DNA from: Candidatus Omnitrophota bacterium | GTDB lineage: Bacteria > Omnitrophota > Gorgyraeia > Gygaellales > JAHJCI01 | Direction: 5' to 3' | Length of the DNA stretch: 64,000 nucleotides | NCBI GenBank assembly: GCA_043812035.1 | Contig: JBDRMR010000001.1 | Span: 58-64,057, forward strand | Part shown: positions 20,053-31,725 of the stretch, in pieces | Layout: every line of letters starts with the position of its first letter | Numbering within the stretch: position 1 is the stretch's first letter | Notes under the pieces: generated by a model | Told to the model about the DNA's origin: nothing | What the model saw: the letters and a program-made list of their open reading frames with translations, nothing else | Database searches by the model: none | Position numbers and translations under genes: made by a program

Positions 20053-21150
20053 CTACAGCCTCTCTACAAGCTTATCTATATCGACGTTTTCTTTTACTAA
20101 CTTCTGCACCGCCTCTATCTTCTCTTTATCCTGAGGTCTTATTTTTATCATCAGGTCATGGATGCGCGAGGCGACGCTATAGGTGTCCAGCTTGGCCAGG
20201 AGAACGGGTATCTTCGCCTGCTCTAACAGGTCCATAATCTTCTTGTGGGGCACAATGTTTCCGGTCAGGATAATCCCGGAGATATTAATATGGTCGGCGG
20301 AATTTCTAAAACAACAGCCAAGAAAAGCCAGAATCATATCTTCGCGGTCACCAGGCGTAATAAGGAGTGCTCCGTCAACAAAGTAATTTATGGCGTTGTG
20401 CGGCTGCATCGCCCCGACGACTATCTTCTTGACTAAATTATTCAGGCTTTCTTTGCCGCATAGCAATTGATAGTCGGTCTCCTCCAATATTTGCTCAATC
20501 GTCGGGCAGGACAACAGGGGTAGATAAGGCATGACTCCCAGGACCTCGATGCCTTTGCGCCCCAGCCCCTTCCTTACCAGTTTATTTACCTTGGAGAATT
20601 TTTCGGGCAAAACCTTGTTGATGACTACGCCGAGCAGCTCTATCCCTTCTTTTTCAAAAAGCGTCTTATTGAGAATAATTTCGTCGATAGGCCGGCCGAT
20701 ACCTCCTGAGGAAATGAGCAGAACTTTCGAATCTAACAATTTCGCCACGAAGGCATTGGAGTGGTCGAACACCGAACCGACCGCAGCGTGTCCGGTCCCC
20801 TCGATAATCATCAGTTCTTTATCCTGGGCTATTCGCGAAAAGGATTCTTTTATCTGACCTGTCAGCCTCTTGCTGTCGGGGTTAAGAATATATTTTTCTG
20901 TAAACCCGCGCTCCACGGCAATGGGGCTCATATCTTTAAGAACGTATCTTATGCCCAATGACTCAAAAAGCCTCTCTATCAGAACAGAATCCTCGTCTAC
21001 CTTTTCGCCTTCTTCCATAAGGTAGCGCTGGCCTATCGGTTTAATAAACCCGATTTTCTTAAACTTCTCCCTGAGATTAAAAATCAAACCCAGCGCAAGC
21101 GTAGTCTTGCCGTCATTTTGCTCTGTCGCGGCTATGAACAACTTTTTCAT
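20053..21150 (-). CDS. BioD-like P-loop plus DRTGG protein (Pta N-terminal-like, no catalytic PTA domain)
   Basis: NDGKTT, GFIKPIG, IIEGTGH and LITPGDRED motifs. Confidence 0.85.
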   Translation of the reverse strand: MKKLFIAATEQNDGKTTLALGLIFNLREKFKKIGFIKPIGQRYLMEEGEKVDEDSVLIERLFESLGIRYVLKDMSPIAVERGFTEKYILNPDSKRLTGQIKESFSRIAQDKELMIIEGTGHAAVGSVFDHSNAFVAKLLDSKVLLISSGGIGRPIDEIILNKTLFEKEGIELLGVVINKVLPEKFSKVNKLVRKGLGRKGIEVLGVMPYLPLLSCPTIEQILEETDYQLLCGKESLNNLVKKIVVGAMQPHNAINYFVDGALLITPGDREDMILAFLGCCFRNSADHINISGIILTGNIVPHKKIMDLLEQAKIPVLLAKLDTYSVASRIHDLMIKIRPQDKEKIEAVQKLVKENVDIDKLVERL

Positions 21151-21583
21151 CGCTCTCCTGTAAAATAATCGCTCCGGTCAGGCAGGCCTTGACGCATGCC
21201 GGCCCAACCTCATCTTTGCATTTGTCGCAGCGTATGGGAATCTTGGTTTTTAGGTTTGGCCTGATTGCCCCGTAGGGACAGACCATCACGCACATCCAGC
21301 AGCCCACGCACCGGCTTTCTTCATGCAAAACCGTTTGGCTATGTCCGTCGTAAGTCAATGCGCCCGCCATGCAAGCATCAACGCAGGGGTGCTCCTGGCA
21401 ATGGCGGCAGGAAACGGGAAAATTTTTGTCTTTTGTTCTGTAAACCTTCTTCCGCGGCAGGGACAATATCTCTTCCTTAAGCGCCTTGAGCAAATTTTTG
21501 CTTTGCGAGTGGACCACGGCGCAGACAATCTCGCAAGATTTGCAACCGAGACATTTTTTAATATCGTAAAGGAGTTTATTCAT
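21113..21583 (-). CDS. cooF: 4Fe-4S ferredoxin-like CODH electron transfer subunit
   Basis: Four CxxC clusters (CLGCKSCEIVC, CRHC..PCVDAC, CVGCWMCVMVCP, CDKC..PACVKAC); next to cooS. Confidence 0.85.
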   Translation of the reverse strand: MNKLLYDIKKCLGCKSCEIVCAVVHSQSKNLLKALKEEILSLPRKKVYRTKDKNFPVSCRHCQEHPCVDACMAGALTYDGHSQTVLHEESRCVGCWMCVMVCPYGAIRPNLKTKIPIRCDKCKDEVGPACVKACLTGAIILQESDEKVVHSRDRAK

Positions 21584-23483
21584 ACATCACGGGGCTAAGC
21601 TTCAGCGCTTTCCTTTTCTCATCAATGTGCTCAATCATGAGCTTAGCCATTTCCTTAGGGTCGCCGCAGAAAGCAAACTTTCCCGCTACCTGTTCCTCTA
21701 AACCCCCGCATAGATAATCGGTCAAATTTGGACTCCCTAAAGTGGGAAAGGGATTTGCGCCAAATACGGTAAAAACCCCGCTGGCCACAAAATACATACC
21801 GATGGTAATCGCTTTCTCGGACATCCATTCGGGCGCAGCTCCGGCTGCAGGGATATCGGACAAATCCTCACCCAAGCCGCCCTGCGCAATTATCTGGGAA
21901 GCGGCGGTTAGAATCCTGCTATTGTCAACACAGGAGCCTAAATGCAGAACCGGAGGAATACCCACGGCTTCGCAGATTTCCTGCAAGCCCCTGCCCGCAA
22001 ACTCCCTGGCGGCTTCGGGGACTAAGAGTCCCTGCTTTGCGCAGGCAATTGCTGAACAACCGGTCTGCAGCACTAAAACATCCTTTTTAATTAACTCTTT
22101 AACCAATGCGGTGTGAAAATAATCGTGGGTCTGCTTGGGGTTGTTGCACCCCACCACGCCTGCTACTCCCCGCAGCCGGCCCTGAATAATCGCGTCATTC
22201 AAGGGCTGATAAGTCGCTCTGTATCTTCCGCCCAGAATCTGAAACACGACCTCTTTGGTAAACCCAGCAATCAAATCCATCTCTTGTTTGGGAATACCAA
22301 CCCGCTCTTTGTTTCTGTTAGAAAAGTTTTCAATCCCTATCTTTATAATCTTCTTGGCGACTTCATAAGCATCTTTTGTCTGAAACTCTATATGCTCGAC
22401 TCCGGGAAACTTTGCCTTAGTGCTGGTGGTGACCAGCCTGGTATGAAAACAACTGGCAACCTCCTGTAATGCCGGCATAATGCATTGCACATCCACCATC
22501 ATCACCTCAACCGCGCCTGTAACGATGGCTAATTCCTGCTGCAGGAAATTTCCTGCCACCGCTATGCCGTGACGCATCAATACCTCATTTGCCGTGCAGC
22601 AGATTCCAGCCAGGTTTATGCCCTTGGCGCCTTTGGCCTGAGCCAGCTTTAACAACTCCGGATCCTGACTTGCCTTAACCGCCATCTCGGACAATACCGG
22701 CTCATGTCCGTGGACGACAATGTTAACGCTATCTTCTTTCAATACGCCCAGATTGACCTTTCCGCGAATGGGCTGCGGCGAGCCCAGGATTATGTCCTGC
22801 AGGTCCGTCGCCACCATTGAGCCGCCCCAACCGTCGGACAAGGCGCAACGCAAGCTGTTCTTTATTATATTCCTGTAATCGTTGTCTACGCCCATGGTCG
22901 TAGTGTGCAACAATTCCACAACCTCCCTGTCAATGCCCCGCGGGACAATACCCAGCTTCCTCCAGATATCCTGCCTTTTCTTTGGCGCCCGCTTTATAAA
23001 GCTGAGCTCGCCCTCCTGCTTTCCAAACTCATCCAATATCTTTCTGGCCAGCTCTTTGGCTATAACTTCCTGGGGTTTGTTTGTATCTATGGAGAACTCT
23101 GCGGCCAATTCCTTTAGTTTTTTGATATCCGAAATCCCGTAGTCATGGGCTTTGCCTTCGGCTAACAACAATAACGTATGGGCCACGTCTCTGCCGTGGT
23201 CGGAATGGGCTGAAGCGCCCACTGCAACCTTGCGGCCGAGGTTTCGGGCGGCGATTGTATCCGCATTGGCTCCGCAAACACCTGCTTGCGGCCCTTCGCC
23301 AAACGGGTCAATCCTGCAAGGCCCCATATCGCAGACGGTACAACACAACCCCAGTTGGCCGAAACCGCACTGCGGCTGCTGCTGCTCTAACCTCTCCCAG
23401 GCGGTGCGGACATTCTCCTCCTGCGCTTTCTTTAATGCCTCTTGCGTAGCTAAGTCTATAGATTTTGATTTTATATCTCCCAT
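21576..23483 (-). CDS. cooS: anaerobic Ni-CO dehydrogenase catalytic subunit
   Basis: CGFG..CC..C.MGPC, HSDH, HGHEP, CCTANE, DVQC, GCNN, GSCVDN and SEKA motifs; start set at ATG 23483 after GGAGG. Confidence 0.97.
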   Translation of the reverse strand: MGDIKSKSIDLATQEALKKAQEENVRTAWERLEQQQPQCGFGQLGLCCTVCDMGPCRIDPFGEGPQAGVCGANADTIAARNLGRKVAVGASAHSDHGRDVAHTLLLLAEGKAHDYGISDIKKLKELAAEFSIDTNKPQEVIAKELARKILDEFGKQEGELSFIKRAPKKRQDIWRKLGIVPRGIDREVVELLHTTTMGVDNDYRNIIKNSLRCALSDGWGGSMVATDLQDIILGSPQPIRGKVNLGVLKEDSVNIVVHGHEPVLSEMAVKASQDPELLKLAQAKGAKGINLAGICCTANEVLMRHGIAVAGNFLQQELAIVTGAVEVMMVDVQCIMPALQEVASCFHTRLVTTSTKAKFPGVEHIEFQTKDAYEVAKKIIKIGIENFSNRNKERVGIPKQEMDLIAGFTKEVVFQILGGRYRATYQPLNDAIIQGRLRGVAGVVGCNNPKQTHDYFHTALVKELIKKDVLVLQTGCSAIACAKQGLLVPEAAREFAGRGLQEICEAVGIPPVLHLGSCVDNSRILTAASQIIAQGGLGEDLSDIPAAGAAPEWMSEKAITIGMYFVASGVFTVFGANPFPTLGSPNLTDYLCGGLEEQVAGKFAFCGDPKEMAKLMIEHIDEKRKALKLSPVMYE

Positions 23484-23522
23484 TAATGACCTCCGCAAAT
23501 AATAAATGACGAAATAAGCTAT

Positions 23523-24398
23523 CTACAGTCCAGCTGCATCCAGAACCAGCGGAACCTTCTTATCCCAGCCAATCGGCATAATATGAATGCCCTGACACAC
23601 CGGCTTAAGTTGCTTGATAAGCCGAGCGGCTATCTCAACCGATTTCTTTGACCTGTCTTGTTTTGCTGCCGAGTTCATTTCATCGATTAAATCCTGCGGG
23701 ACGGTAACTCCGGCTACGTTTTCGTTCATGTATTTTGCCATCCCCGCGGATTTTAACAAAACGATACCGGCGAGTATCGTAGTCTTCAAATGCTTAATCC
23801 TGGACAGAAAATTTTCATAGACCTTTATGTCATATACCGCCTGAGTCTGAAAAAACTCAGCACCTTGCTCGATTTTCTTCTCCATCTTGATAATCTGAGG
23901 CTCTATTGGGTCTGCTCCGGGATTTACCACTGCTCCGACGCAAAATTTAGGCGGCTCGCCCTCAAGATTATTGCCTGCCATGTCAAAACCTTCCTGGAGT
24001 TTCTCTACCACGCCCAATAACTGCACGGAATCCAAATCGAACACCGGCTTTGCCTGAGGGTGGTCTCCCATAGTCGTATGGTCGCCGGTTAAGACTAAAA
24101 TATTCTCGATGCCCAGACTTGCAGCGGATAGAATGTCCGACTGCAGAGCCAGGCGATTGCGGTCCCGGCAGGTTATCTGGAATATCGGCTCAAATCCTCT
24201 CTGCTTCAGGAGTGCGCACACCGCCAATGAACCCAATCTCATCACCGAACTCTGCAGGTCCGTGACGTTTATTGCGTCAACCCTGCCGCGAATGAGCTCT
24301 GCGTCCTCCAAAATCACCTTGGTCTCAATCCCCTTCGGAGGCCCTATCTCAGAGGTCACCAGAAATTTTCCTGCCCGAATCTTTTCCTTAAAACTCAT
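23523..24398 (-). CDS. metF: methylenetetrahydrofolate reductase
   Basis: EIGPPKG, NVTD, CRDRNR, LTGD and FFQTQ motifs. Confidence 0.93.
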   Translation of the reverse strand: MSFKEKIRAGKFLVTSEIGPPKGIETKVILEDAELIRGRVDAINVTDLQSSVMRLGSLAVCALLKQRGFEPIFQITCRDRNRLALQSDILSAASLGIENILVLTGDHTTMGDHPQAKPVFDLDSVQLLGVVEKLQEGFDMAGNNLEGEPPKFCVGAVVNPGADPIEPQIIKMEKKIEQGAEFFQTQAVYDIKVYENFLSRIKHLKTTILAGIVLLKSAGMAKYMNENVAGVTVPQDLIDEMNSAAKQDRSKKSVEIAARLIKQLKPVCQGIHIMPIGWDKKVPLVLDAAGL

Positions 24399-24411
24399 CT
24401 CTTCTCCATGC

Positions 24412-24921
24412 CTATCCCACCAACCTGGCGACTAAATGACCAATACCATGCGAAATAACAATAACAAATAAAGCCAGTAAAACATGCTCAGAGATAAGTA
24501 TTACTGAGTTTTCCTGTTTTACCCTGGCAATAGCAAAGTTAAGAAAAACTAGTAGTAATATTCCCCAAGCAATGGCAACGAAGACGGCATTTCTTAAAGG
24601 AAGAATCAAAAAGGGGACAGCAAAAGTTAAAGTAAAAGTAAGTTTAGAAATAAAAGTAAAGATGGTAGCTGCCCAAATTTCCTTTTGAGTATGCTTAGCG
24701 GTTCCCTTTTCAAGCTCTGATTCCTCAGATATATGCACGCCTGCTGCATCGGATAAACCATCAGCTATTGCCAGAATTATGACGCTGGCAATAACCACTA
24801 ATCGTGAAGAGGTGGCTGAATTCAAACCCACAATCATCCCCAGAGAAGTAATTACCCCAGAGGTCATACCGAAAGAAACTCCTGTCATTAACTGATGAAA
24901 ATATTTTTTAATCATCCACAA
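24412..24921 (-). CDS. VIT1/CCC1-like membrane protein
   Basis: SFGMTSGVIT..G and IADGLSDAAG.HISEESE motifs; several TM helices. Confidence 0.7.
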   Translation of the reverse strand: MWMIKKYFHQLMTGVSFGMTSGVITSLGMIVGLNSATSSRLVVIASVIILAIADGLSDAAGVHISEESELEKGTAKHTQKEIWAATIFTFISKLTFTLTFAVPFLILPLRNAVFVAIAWGILLLVFLNFAIARVKQENSVILISEHVLLALFVIVISHGIGHLVARLVG

Positions 24922-24929
24922 ATACCTGT

Positions 24930-25769
24930 CTATGCTTGCAGCTTGGTTGCCTCAACTACATTACACATCAACATTATTACGGTAAGTGGACCTACCCCAC
25001 CAGGAACAGGCGTAATCCAAGAGGCGCGCTTTACTGCTTGGTCAAACTCCACATCTCCCACAATCTTATCACCAACCCGATTTATGCCTACATCAACAAC
25101 CACTGCCCCCTGTTTAATCCATGCACCCTTAATTAATCCTGCTTTTCCCACAGCCACAACCAAAATCTCAGCGCTCTTTACATGCTCTTCTAACTTGCCC
25201 GCCTGGGATGTTCCGATATGGCAGACTGTGACTGTAGCAAATTTCTCAAGAAGAAGAAGCGATAAGGGTTTACCCACAATCTCACTGTGTCCGACAATTA
25301 CCACCTCTTTTCCATATAAATCAACTCCCGTCTGTTTTAACAATTCCATCACTGCCGCTGGGGTGCAAGGCAAAATCCTTGCTTTACCAAACGTGATTTT
25401 GCCCATATTCATCGGATGCATTCCCTCTGCATCTTTCTCGGGCAGAATAAAGTTGCTCATCTTTTTATAATCGATTTGTGCCGGCAGTGGCATTTGCAGT
25501 ATTATTCCATTTACGCCCTTATCCTGGTTTAATCTCTGTATAAAATCTATCAGCTCTTGCTCTTTTGTTTCCTGATTTAATTTGTGGAACTGATAGTCTA
25601 TACCCAAATTCTCTGCGGTTTTCTTCTGCGACTTTGCATAAGACTCAGCCCCAGCGTTCTCTCCTACCTGAATGCTAATCAATACCGGCTTTATCTTCAA
25701 TTCCTGAATTCTCTTCTTTAACTCTTCCTTAATTCTATTAGCAATCGGTTTACCCTCTAATAATTTCAT
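24930..25769 (-). CDS. folD: methylenetetrahydrofolate dehydrogenase/cyclohydrolase
   Basis: PCTP, SEIVGKP, DVGIN and TPVPGGVGP motifs. Confidence 0.95.
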   Translation of the reverse strand: MKLLEGKPIANRIKEELKKRIQELKIKPVLISIQVGENAGAESYAKSQKKTAENLGIDYQFHKLNQETKEQELIDFIQRLNQDKGVNGIILQMPLPAQIDYKKMSNFILPEKDAEGMHPMNMGKITFGKARILPCTPAAVMELLKQTGVDLYGKEVVIVGHSEIVGKPLSLLLLEKFATVTVCHIGTSQAGKLEEHVKSAEILVVAVGKAGLIKGAWIKQGAVVVDVGINRVGDKIVGDVEFDQAVKRASWITPVPGGVGPLTVIMLMCNVVEATKLQA

Positions 25770-26310
25770 CTATCCTTTCCTCCAGATTATGACGCATTTT
25801 TATTATTGTACCCCTCTTTTTATCTAACTCTTTATTTATTTTATCTGCCCTTTTTTTATTGTTTAAATATTTCAGATTTATCCTTACATTAAATAAAGCG
25901 CTGGAAAATCCTGACTCAAGCAAAATAGCGGCAACCGCCACATCGCTAATCAAATTTATATTACCTTTTTTTAATAAGGTTGGGCATAGCCTTAAAACCT
26001 CAGAGCAAAGTCTGGCTATCTCTAGAGGAACTCTAAGCGATTTATTTATATCTTTACTCTTAAAAGCCAAGACATCTAAATCCACAAGTTGCAAAAACCT
26101 CTTTCTTGCTTTTTCTGTAACAGATAATACCCTGGCTAAATCTGCTCGATATTTTGCATATTTTGGTTTACCGAGGGTAAAATTAATAACCATACCAATT
26201 AAAGCTGCCCCCAGCGCTGCAGTCAATGCCGCTGCAGAACCTCCTCCCGGAGCAGGAAGCTTTGCCGCCAGGTCATCCAGATATTTCTTAAGAGATTTAT
26301 TGTAATACAT
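25750..26310 (-). CDS. fchA: methenyl-THF cyclohydrolase / formiminotetrahydrofolate cyclodeaminase family
   Basis: PAPGGGSAAA and NLISD..NVRINL motifs; lies between fhs and folD. Confidence 0.85.
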   Translation of the reverse strand: MYYNKSLKKYLDDLAAKLPAPGGGSAAALTAALGAALIGMVINFTLGKPKYAKYRADLARVLSVTEKARKRFLQLVDLDVLAFKSKDINKSLRVPLEIARLCSEVLRLCPTLLKKGNINLISDVAVAAILLESGFSSALFNVRINLKYLNNKKRADKINKELDKKRGTIIKMRHNLEERIDEIIRG

Positions 26311-26316
26311 AAATTT

Positions 26317-26385
26317 TTAGCGTGCAGCGGATAGCGTACAGCGTTTAGTATTTCCTATACGCTATACGCTATACGCTCTACGCTA
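26317..26385. repeat. heptamer inverted-arm element C
   Basis: TTAGCGT GCAGCGG ATAGCGT ACAGCGT TTAGTATTTC / CTATACG x3 CTCTACG CTA; the last CTA is the fhs TAG stop. Confidence 0.92.
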
Positions 26386-28077
26386 AAATAAGCCTGTAAT
26401 CTTTCCGTTTTCGTCAATATCAATCTTCTCTCCGGCAGGATGACTGGGCAAACCGGGCATTGTCCGCATTGACCCGCATAATAAATACAAGAATCCCGCT
26501 CCAACCGAGGCGCGTATATCCCGGATGGGTAAAGTAAACCCTTGAGGACGTCCTTTTATTTTAGGGTCGTGCGAAAGGGAAAGGTGGGTCTTGGCCATAC
26601 ATATAGGCAGTTTATCGTAACCAAACTTCGTATAAAGCCTTATCTTAGCACGAGCGGCTTCTTCATAACGAACAGCTCCTGCGCCATAAATCTTCTTGGC
26701 AATTGTCTCAACCTTTTTTTTGATTGGCCAATTAAGCGAATAGAGAAATTTAAAACTGGATTTCTTCTCGGCAGCGCGCACAACTGCCTTAGCCAGCTCC
26801 TCCCCGCCCTTAGAGCCTCTTGCCCAAACCTCACTGAGAACTGCATCTTCTGCGCCTGCCTCAATGGCCTTTTTACGAATCAGCTCTATCTCTCTTTTTG
26901 TATCGGTAGTGAATTTATTTATCGCCACCACCACAGGCACGCCAAATAGCTTCATATTTTCTATTTGCTTCTCTAGATTAGAACACCCTTGCTCCAGAGC
27001 CTCCAGATTTTCCTGCAGGAGCCTCCGGTCAAGCGGTTTACCAGCAACAACAGTAAACTTGCCCGAATGCATCTTCAGCGCCCGAACAGTGCAAACCAAA
27101 ACCACACAATCAGGCCGAAGGCCGCTTATCCGGCACTTTATGTTAAAGAACTTCTCTGCCCCACAGTCAGCGCCGAAGCCAGACTCAGTAACAACGTACT
27201 CCGAAAGCTTCAAAGCGATTTTATCAGCAAGGATGGAGCTGTTACCGTGGGCGATATTGGCAAATGGACCGGCATGGACAAAACAGGGAGTGTTCTCGAT
27301 AGTCTGCAGCAAATTGGGTTTAAGCGCATCTTTAAGCAAAACCGTCATTGCGCCAGCTACCTTGATATCCTCGGCAGTAACGGGTCTACCGTCTTTTGTG
27401 GTAGCTAACACGATACGGCCAAGGCGCTTACGCAAATCCTCCAGCCCATTGGTCAGGGCAAGTATAGCCATTACCTCGCTGGCCACGGTTATATCAAATC
27501 CGGAATCCCGCGGGAAACCATCCTCTGATCCGCCTAAACCGATCTTTATATTACGCAAAAACCTGTCCGAGACATCAACTACGCGGCGCCAGATTATCGA
27601 GGAGGGGTCTATATTGAGTGGATTTCCCTTTAGGATAGAATTGTCCAAAAATGCCGCGCAGAGATTATGTGCCAGGCCTACTGCATGGACATCGCCGGTA
27701 AGATGCAGGTTGAAATCCTCCATTGGAACGACCTGAGAATAACCTCCACCGGCCGCACCCCCTTTTATCCCGAATACAGGACCCAGTGAGGGCTGACGGA
27801 TACAAACAGTAGTTTGCTTGCCGATCCGGTTCAAAGACATAGCCAGACCAATAGTGGTAACCGTCTTTCCTTCGCCCAAGGGAGTGGGTGTTATTGCGGT
27901 TACATCGATATACTTGTTATTCTTCCTGTCCTTTAAACGTTTTAAAGTTAACAAAGATACCTTTGCCTTATAGTCTCCATAAAGATAGAGTTCTTTCTGC
28001 TTAAGCCCTAAGCTCTTGGCAATTGTCTTTATGGGCACCAAACGTGCGCGTCTGGCGATCTCTAAATCAGTCAGCAT
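26383..28077 (-). CDS. fhs: formate--tetrahydrofolate ligase
   Basis: [30 protein letters not shown] and TMPGLP motifs; start at ATG 28077 after GGAGG. Confidence 0.98.
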   Translation of the reverse strand: MLTDLEIARRARLVPIKTIAKSLGLKQKELYLYGDYKAKVSLLTLKRLKDRKNNKYIDVTAITPTPLGEGKTVTTIGLAMSLNRIGKQTTVCIRQPSLGPVFGIKGGAAGGGYSQVVPMEDFNLHLTGDVHAVGLAHNLCAAFLDNSILKGNPLNIDPSSIIWRRVVDVSDRFLRNIKIGLGGSEDGFPRDSGFDITVASEVMAILALTNGLEDLRKRLGRIVLATTKDGRPVTAEDIKVAGAMTVLLKDALKPNLLQTIENTPCFVHAGPFANIAHGNSSILADKIALKLSEYVVTESGFGADCGAEKFFNIKCRISGLRPDCVVLVCTVRALKMHSGKFTVVAGKPLDRRLLQENLEALEQGCSNLEKQIENMKLFGVPVVVAINKFTTDTKREIELIRKKAIEAGAEDAVLSEVWARGSKGGEELAKAVVRAAEKKSSFKFLYSLNWPIKKKVETIAKKIYGAGAVRYEEAARAKIRLYTKFGYDKLPICMAKTHLSLSHDPKIKGRPQGFTLPIRDIRASVGAGFLYLLCGSMRTMPGLPSHPAGEKIDIDENGKITGLF

Positions 28078-28110
28078 TACTACCTCCACAGTTTCTAAAT
28101 TTTGTTATTT

Positions 28111-28491
28111 TTAATAAAGGTAACGATAATCCAACTCAAACGCATTTCTGAACAGCTCTATCTTGGGTTGTAAATCCTCGTGAGAAATCGAAATCACATC
28201 AAAGCGCGCGGGCGAATCCAAGAGTCCTTTTTGTTTAAGAAACATTAGCGCAACTTGCGAAATTTTCCTTTGTTTGAAAAAATCTACTGCCTCGGCAGGC
28301 CGGCCGAATCGAGCAGACTTGCGCGTTTTTACCTCAATGAAGCAAACAGTCTCTTTATCTTTTGCTACAATATCTATCTGTCCTAATCTGGTGCGGTAAT
28401 TAACAGCGACAATGCGATAGCCCTTATCCCTAAGGAAATCAACTGCAATCCGTTCACCCTTCTGACCTAATTCCGACTGCGCTTTAGACAT
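28111..28491 (-). CDS. YraN family (UPF0102) nuclease-like protein
   Basis: LGQKGE, IDIVA, FIEVKTR and RFDVI motifs; follows rnhB. Confidence 0.9.
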   Translation of the reverse strand: MSKAQSELGQKGERIAVDFLRDKGYRIVAVNYRTRLGQIDIVAKDKETVCFIEVKTRKSARFGRPAEAVDFFKQRKISQVALMFLKQKGLLDSPARFDVISISHEDLQPKIELFRNAFELDYRYLY

Positions 28492-29086
28492 AAGAGAATG
28501 ACAGGCGATGAGCAGGGCATGGGCCAAACTGCCTCAAGGCGTCGCGGTGCAGAGACGTCGGATAGCCCTTGTGTTTCAGGAAGCCGTACCGAGGCCACAC
28601 CTTATCGTACAGCGACATCATCCGGTCGCGGCTGACTTTGGCTAAGATAGAGGCGCAAGCAATGGTCTTTGATATCGCATCTCCGTGAGGGATGCTGAAA
28701 ACCGGATAATCCGGAATCGTCAATCTTATATTACCGTCGACCAGGATGCAGGTTTTCTTATTTCTTAATTTGCTCAGGAGCGAGGAGACGGCGTTTTCCA
28801 TACAAATACGCGTGGCTACCAAAATGTTTAAAGCGTCTATCTTCTTCTCGTCGATTATGCCAAAGGCAAACACGGATTTCTGGATAATCTCCGAGAATGC
28901 TTCTTCTCTTTCTTTTGCGGTAAGTTTTTTAGAATCGTCGATGCGGGCCCTGAATCTGTAAGTATTGAGGCATACTGCTGCCGTAACCACCGGCCCTGCC
29001 AAGGGGCCGCGCCCCACTTCGTCCACTCCTATCACGGCATCAAAGCCCAGCCTGTTTAGTCTCCTTTCCAGTACGAAATCGGCCAT
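28484..29086 (-). CDS. rnhB: ribonuclease HII
   Basis: GVDEVGRGPLAGPV, DSKKL, ASILAKV.RD and HKGYPT motifs. Confidence 0.96.
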   Translation of the reverse strand: MADFVLERRLNRLGFDAVIGVDEVGRGPLAGPVVTAAVCLNTYRFRARIDDSKKLTAKEREEAFSEIIQKSVFAFGIIDEKKIDALNILVATRICMENAVSSLLSKLRNKKTCILVDGNIRLTIPDYPVFSIPHGDAISKTIACASILAKVSRDRMMSLYDKVWPRYGFLKHKGYPTSLHRDALRQFGPCPAHRLSFSYV

Positions 29087-29126
29087 AAGGAATTAAAAAA
29101 TAGTAGTGAGAATATTTCACGCTTTC

Positions 29127-29465
29127 TTAAATCCTGGTTGCGGCTTTGCCTACTCTCTGCCTCAGGTAGTAAATTTTTGCGCGGCGGGGTTTGCTGCGGC
29201 GGCGGCGCAAAATTTCTATCCTTTCTATCTTCGGCGAGTAAAGAGGAAAAACGCGCTCTACGCCTTCGCCGTAAGAAATTTTGCGCACGGTAAAGCTGCT
29301 TCTTATGCCCTTATCCTTTTTTGTAATGACTATCCCCTCAAAGGGATGGAAGCGAATTTTGTCCCCTTCCAGAATTTTGGTAATTACCTTTACCGTATCG
29401 CCGACGCTAAAATCGGGAATTTCTTTTTGTGTGTATGCCTGCTCAATGAGTTTTATCTTATCCAT
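29127..29465 (-). CDS. rplS: 50S ribosomal protein L19
   Basis: [20 protein letters not shown] and RRAKIYYLR motifs; start at ATG 29465 after AGGAGG (the ORF-track extension is repeat sequence). Confidence 0.96.
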   Translation of the reverse strand: MDKIKLIEQAYTQKEIPDFSVGDTVKVITKILEGDKIRFHPFEGIVITKKDKGIRSSFTVRKISYGEGVERVFPLYSPKIERIEILRRRRSKPRRAKIYYLRQRVGKAATRI

Positions 29466-29484
29466 GATAAGCCTCCTGGAACAC

Positions 29485-29586
29485 ATAGCGTTCGTTTTAG
29501 CGTTTAGCGGATAGCGTTTAGCGTATATAGGATTTAAAAAATGTTCTGTTTCCACTATACGCTATACGCTCTACGCTATACGCTAT
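29485..29586. repeat. heptamer inverted-arm element D
   Basis: TTAGCGT TTAGCGG ATAGCGT TTAGCGT / AT-rich spacer / CTATACG CTATACG CTCTACG CTATACG; encodes the last trmD codons and stop. Confidence 0.92.
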
Positions 29587-30262
29587 CTAATAGTTCCGGT
29601 CTTCGCTGCCTTGTGATTTTTATTGCTTGCTTCTTTCTCCAGTCTTCTATCTTTTTGTGATTGCCGGAGAAAAGGATTAACGGCACTCTCATCCCTTTAT
29701 AGTTCGCCGGCCTGGTGTATTGAGGGTATTCTAATAAATTACCTTCAAATGACTCAAAATGCAAGGATTTTTTTTCGCCGAGAACGCCGGGAATCAACCG
29801 AGTCACGCTATCGATTACCACCATCGCCGGAAGCTCTCCGCCGGTGAGGACGTAATCTCCTATCGAAATCTCTTTATCAACCGGATGTCTCCTTACCCGC
29901 TCGTCCACCCCTTCGTAATGCCCGCAAATAAAAATCAGATGCTTGCACCGGGAGAGTTTTTTTGCTGTCTTCTGGTCAAACCTTTCGCCTTGGGGAGAAA
30001 GCAGAATAACCCTTGCCCCGGATTTTGGCTTTTTAGCCAAAATATGCTCAACAGCATTAAATATCGGCTCCGGCCGCATTACCATTCCCGGCCCTCCCCC
30101 GAACGGACGGTCGTCGACCTTGCGGTGCTTATCGGCGGAAAAATCCCTGAGGTTATGTACAAAAATTTTCACCTTGCCCTTTGCCTGCGCCCGCTTAATA
30201 ATCGATTCGTTCAAAATTGGCGCAAACATATTAGGAAAAATTGTGAGGATATCGATACGCAT
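29576..30262 (-). CDS. trmD: tRNA (guanine-N1)-methyltransferase
   Basis: [33 protein letters not shown] and YPQYTRP motifs. Confidence 0.98.
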   Translation of the reverse strand: MRIDILTIFPNMFAPILNESIIKRAQAKGKVKIFVHNLRDFSADKHRKVDDRPFGGGPGMVMRPEPIFNAVEHILAKKPKSGARVILLSPQGERFDQKTAKKLSRCKHLIFICGHYEGVDERVRRHPVDKEISIGDYVLTGGELPAMVVIDSVTRLIPGVLGEKKSLHFESFEGNLLEYPQYTRPANYKGMRVPLILFSGNHKKIEDWRKKQAIKITRQRRPELLDSV

Positions 30263-30266
30263 AGGT

Positions 30267-31648
<1,382 letters not shown>

Positions 31649-31676
31649 CTTTTCTTTATCCGCTTGCCGCGTCCCG

Positions 31677-31725
31677 CGAGCCCCGTTAGAAAGTTCGGAA
31701 AGAACCTCCTTTCTAACGGGGTGAA
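31677..31725. repeat. palindrome CCCCGTTAGAAAG..CTTTCTAACGGGG providing the ruvB stop
   Basis: 13-bp perfect inverted repeat at 31681-31693 / 31709-31721. Confidence 0.85.

Noticed and set aside
29466-29555. N-terminal extension of L19 in the ORF track
   Set aside because: It is translated heptamer repeat; the strong SD precedes ATG 29465.
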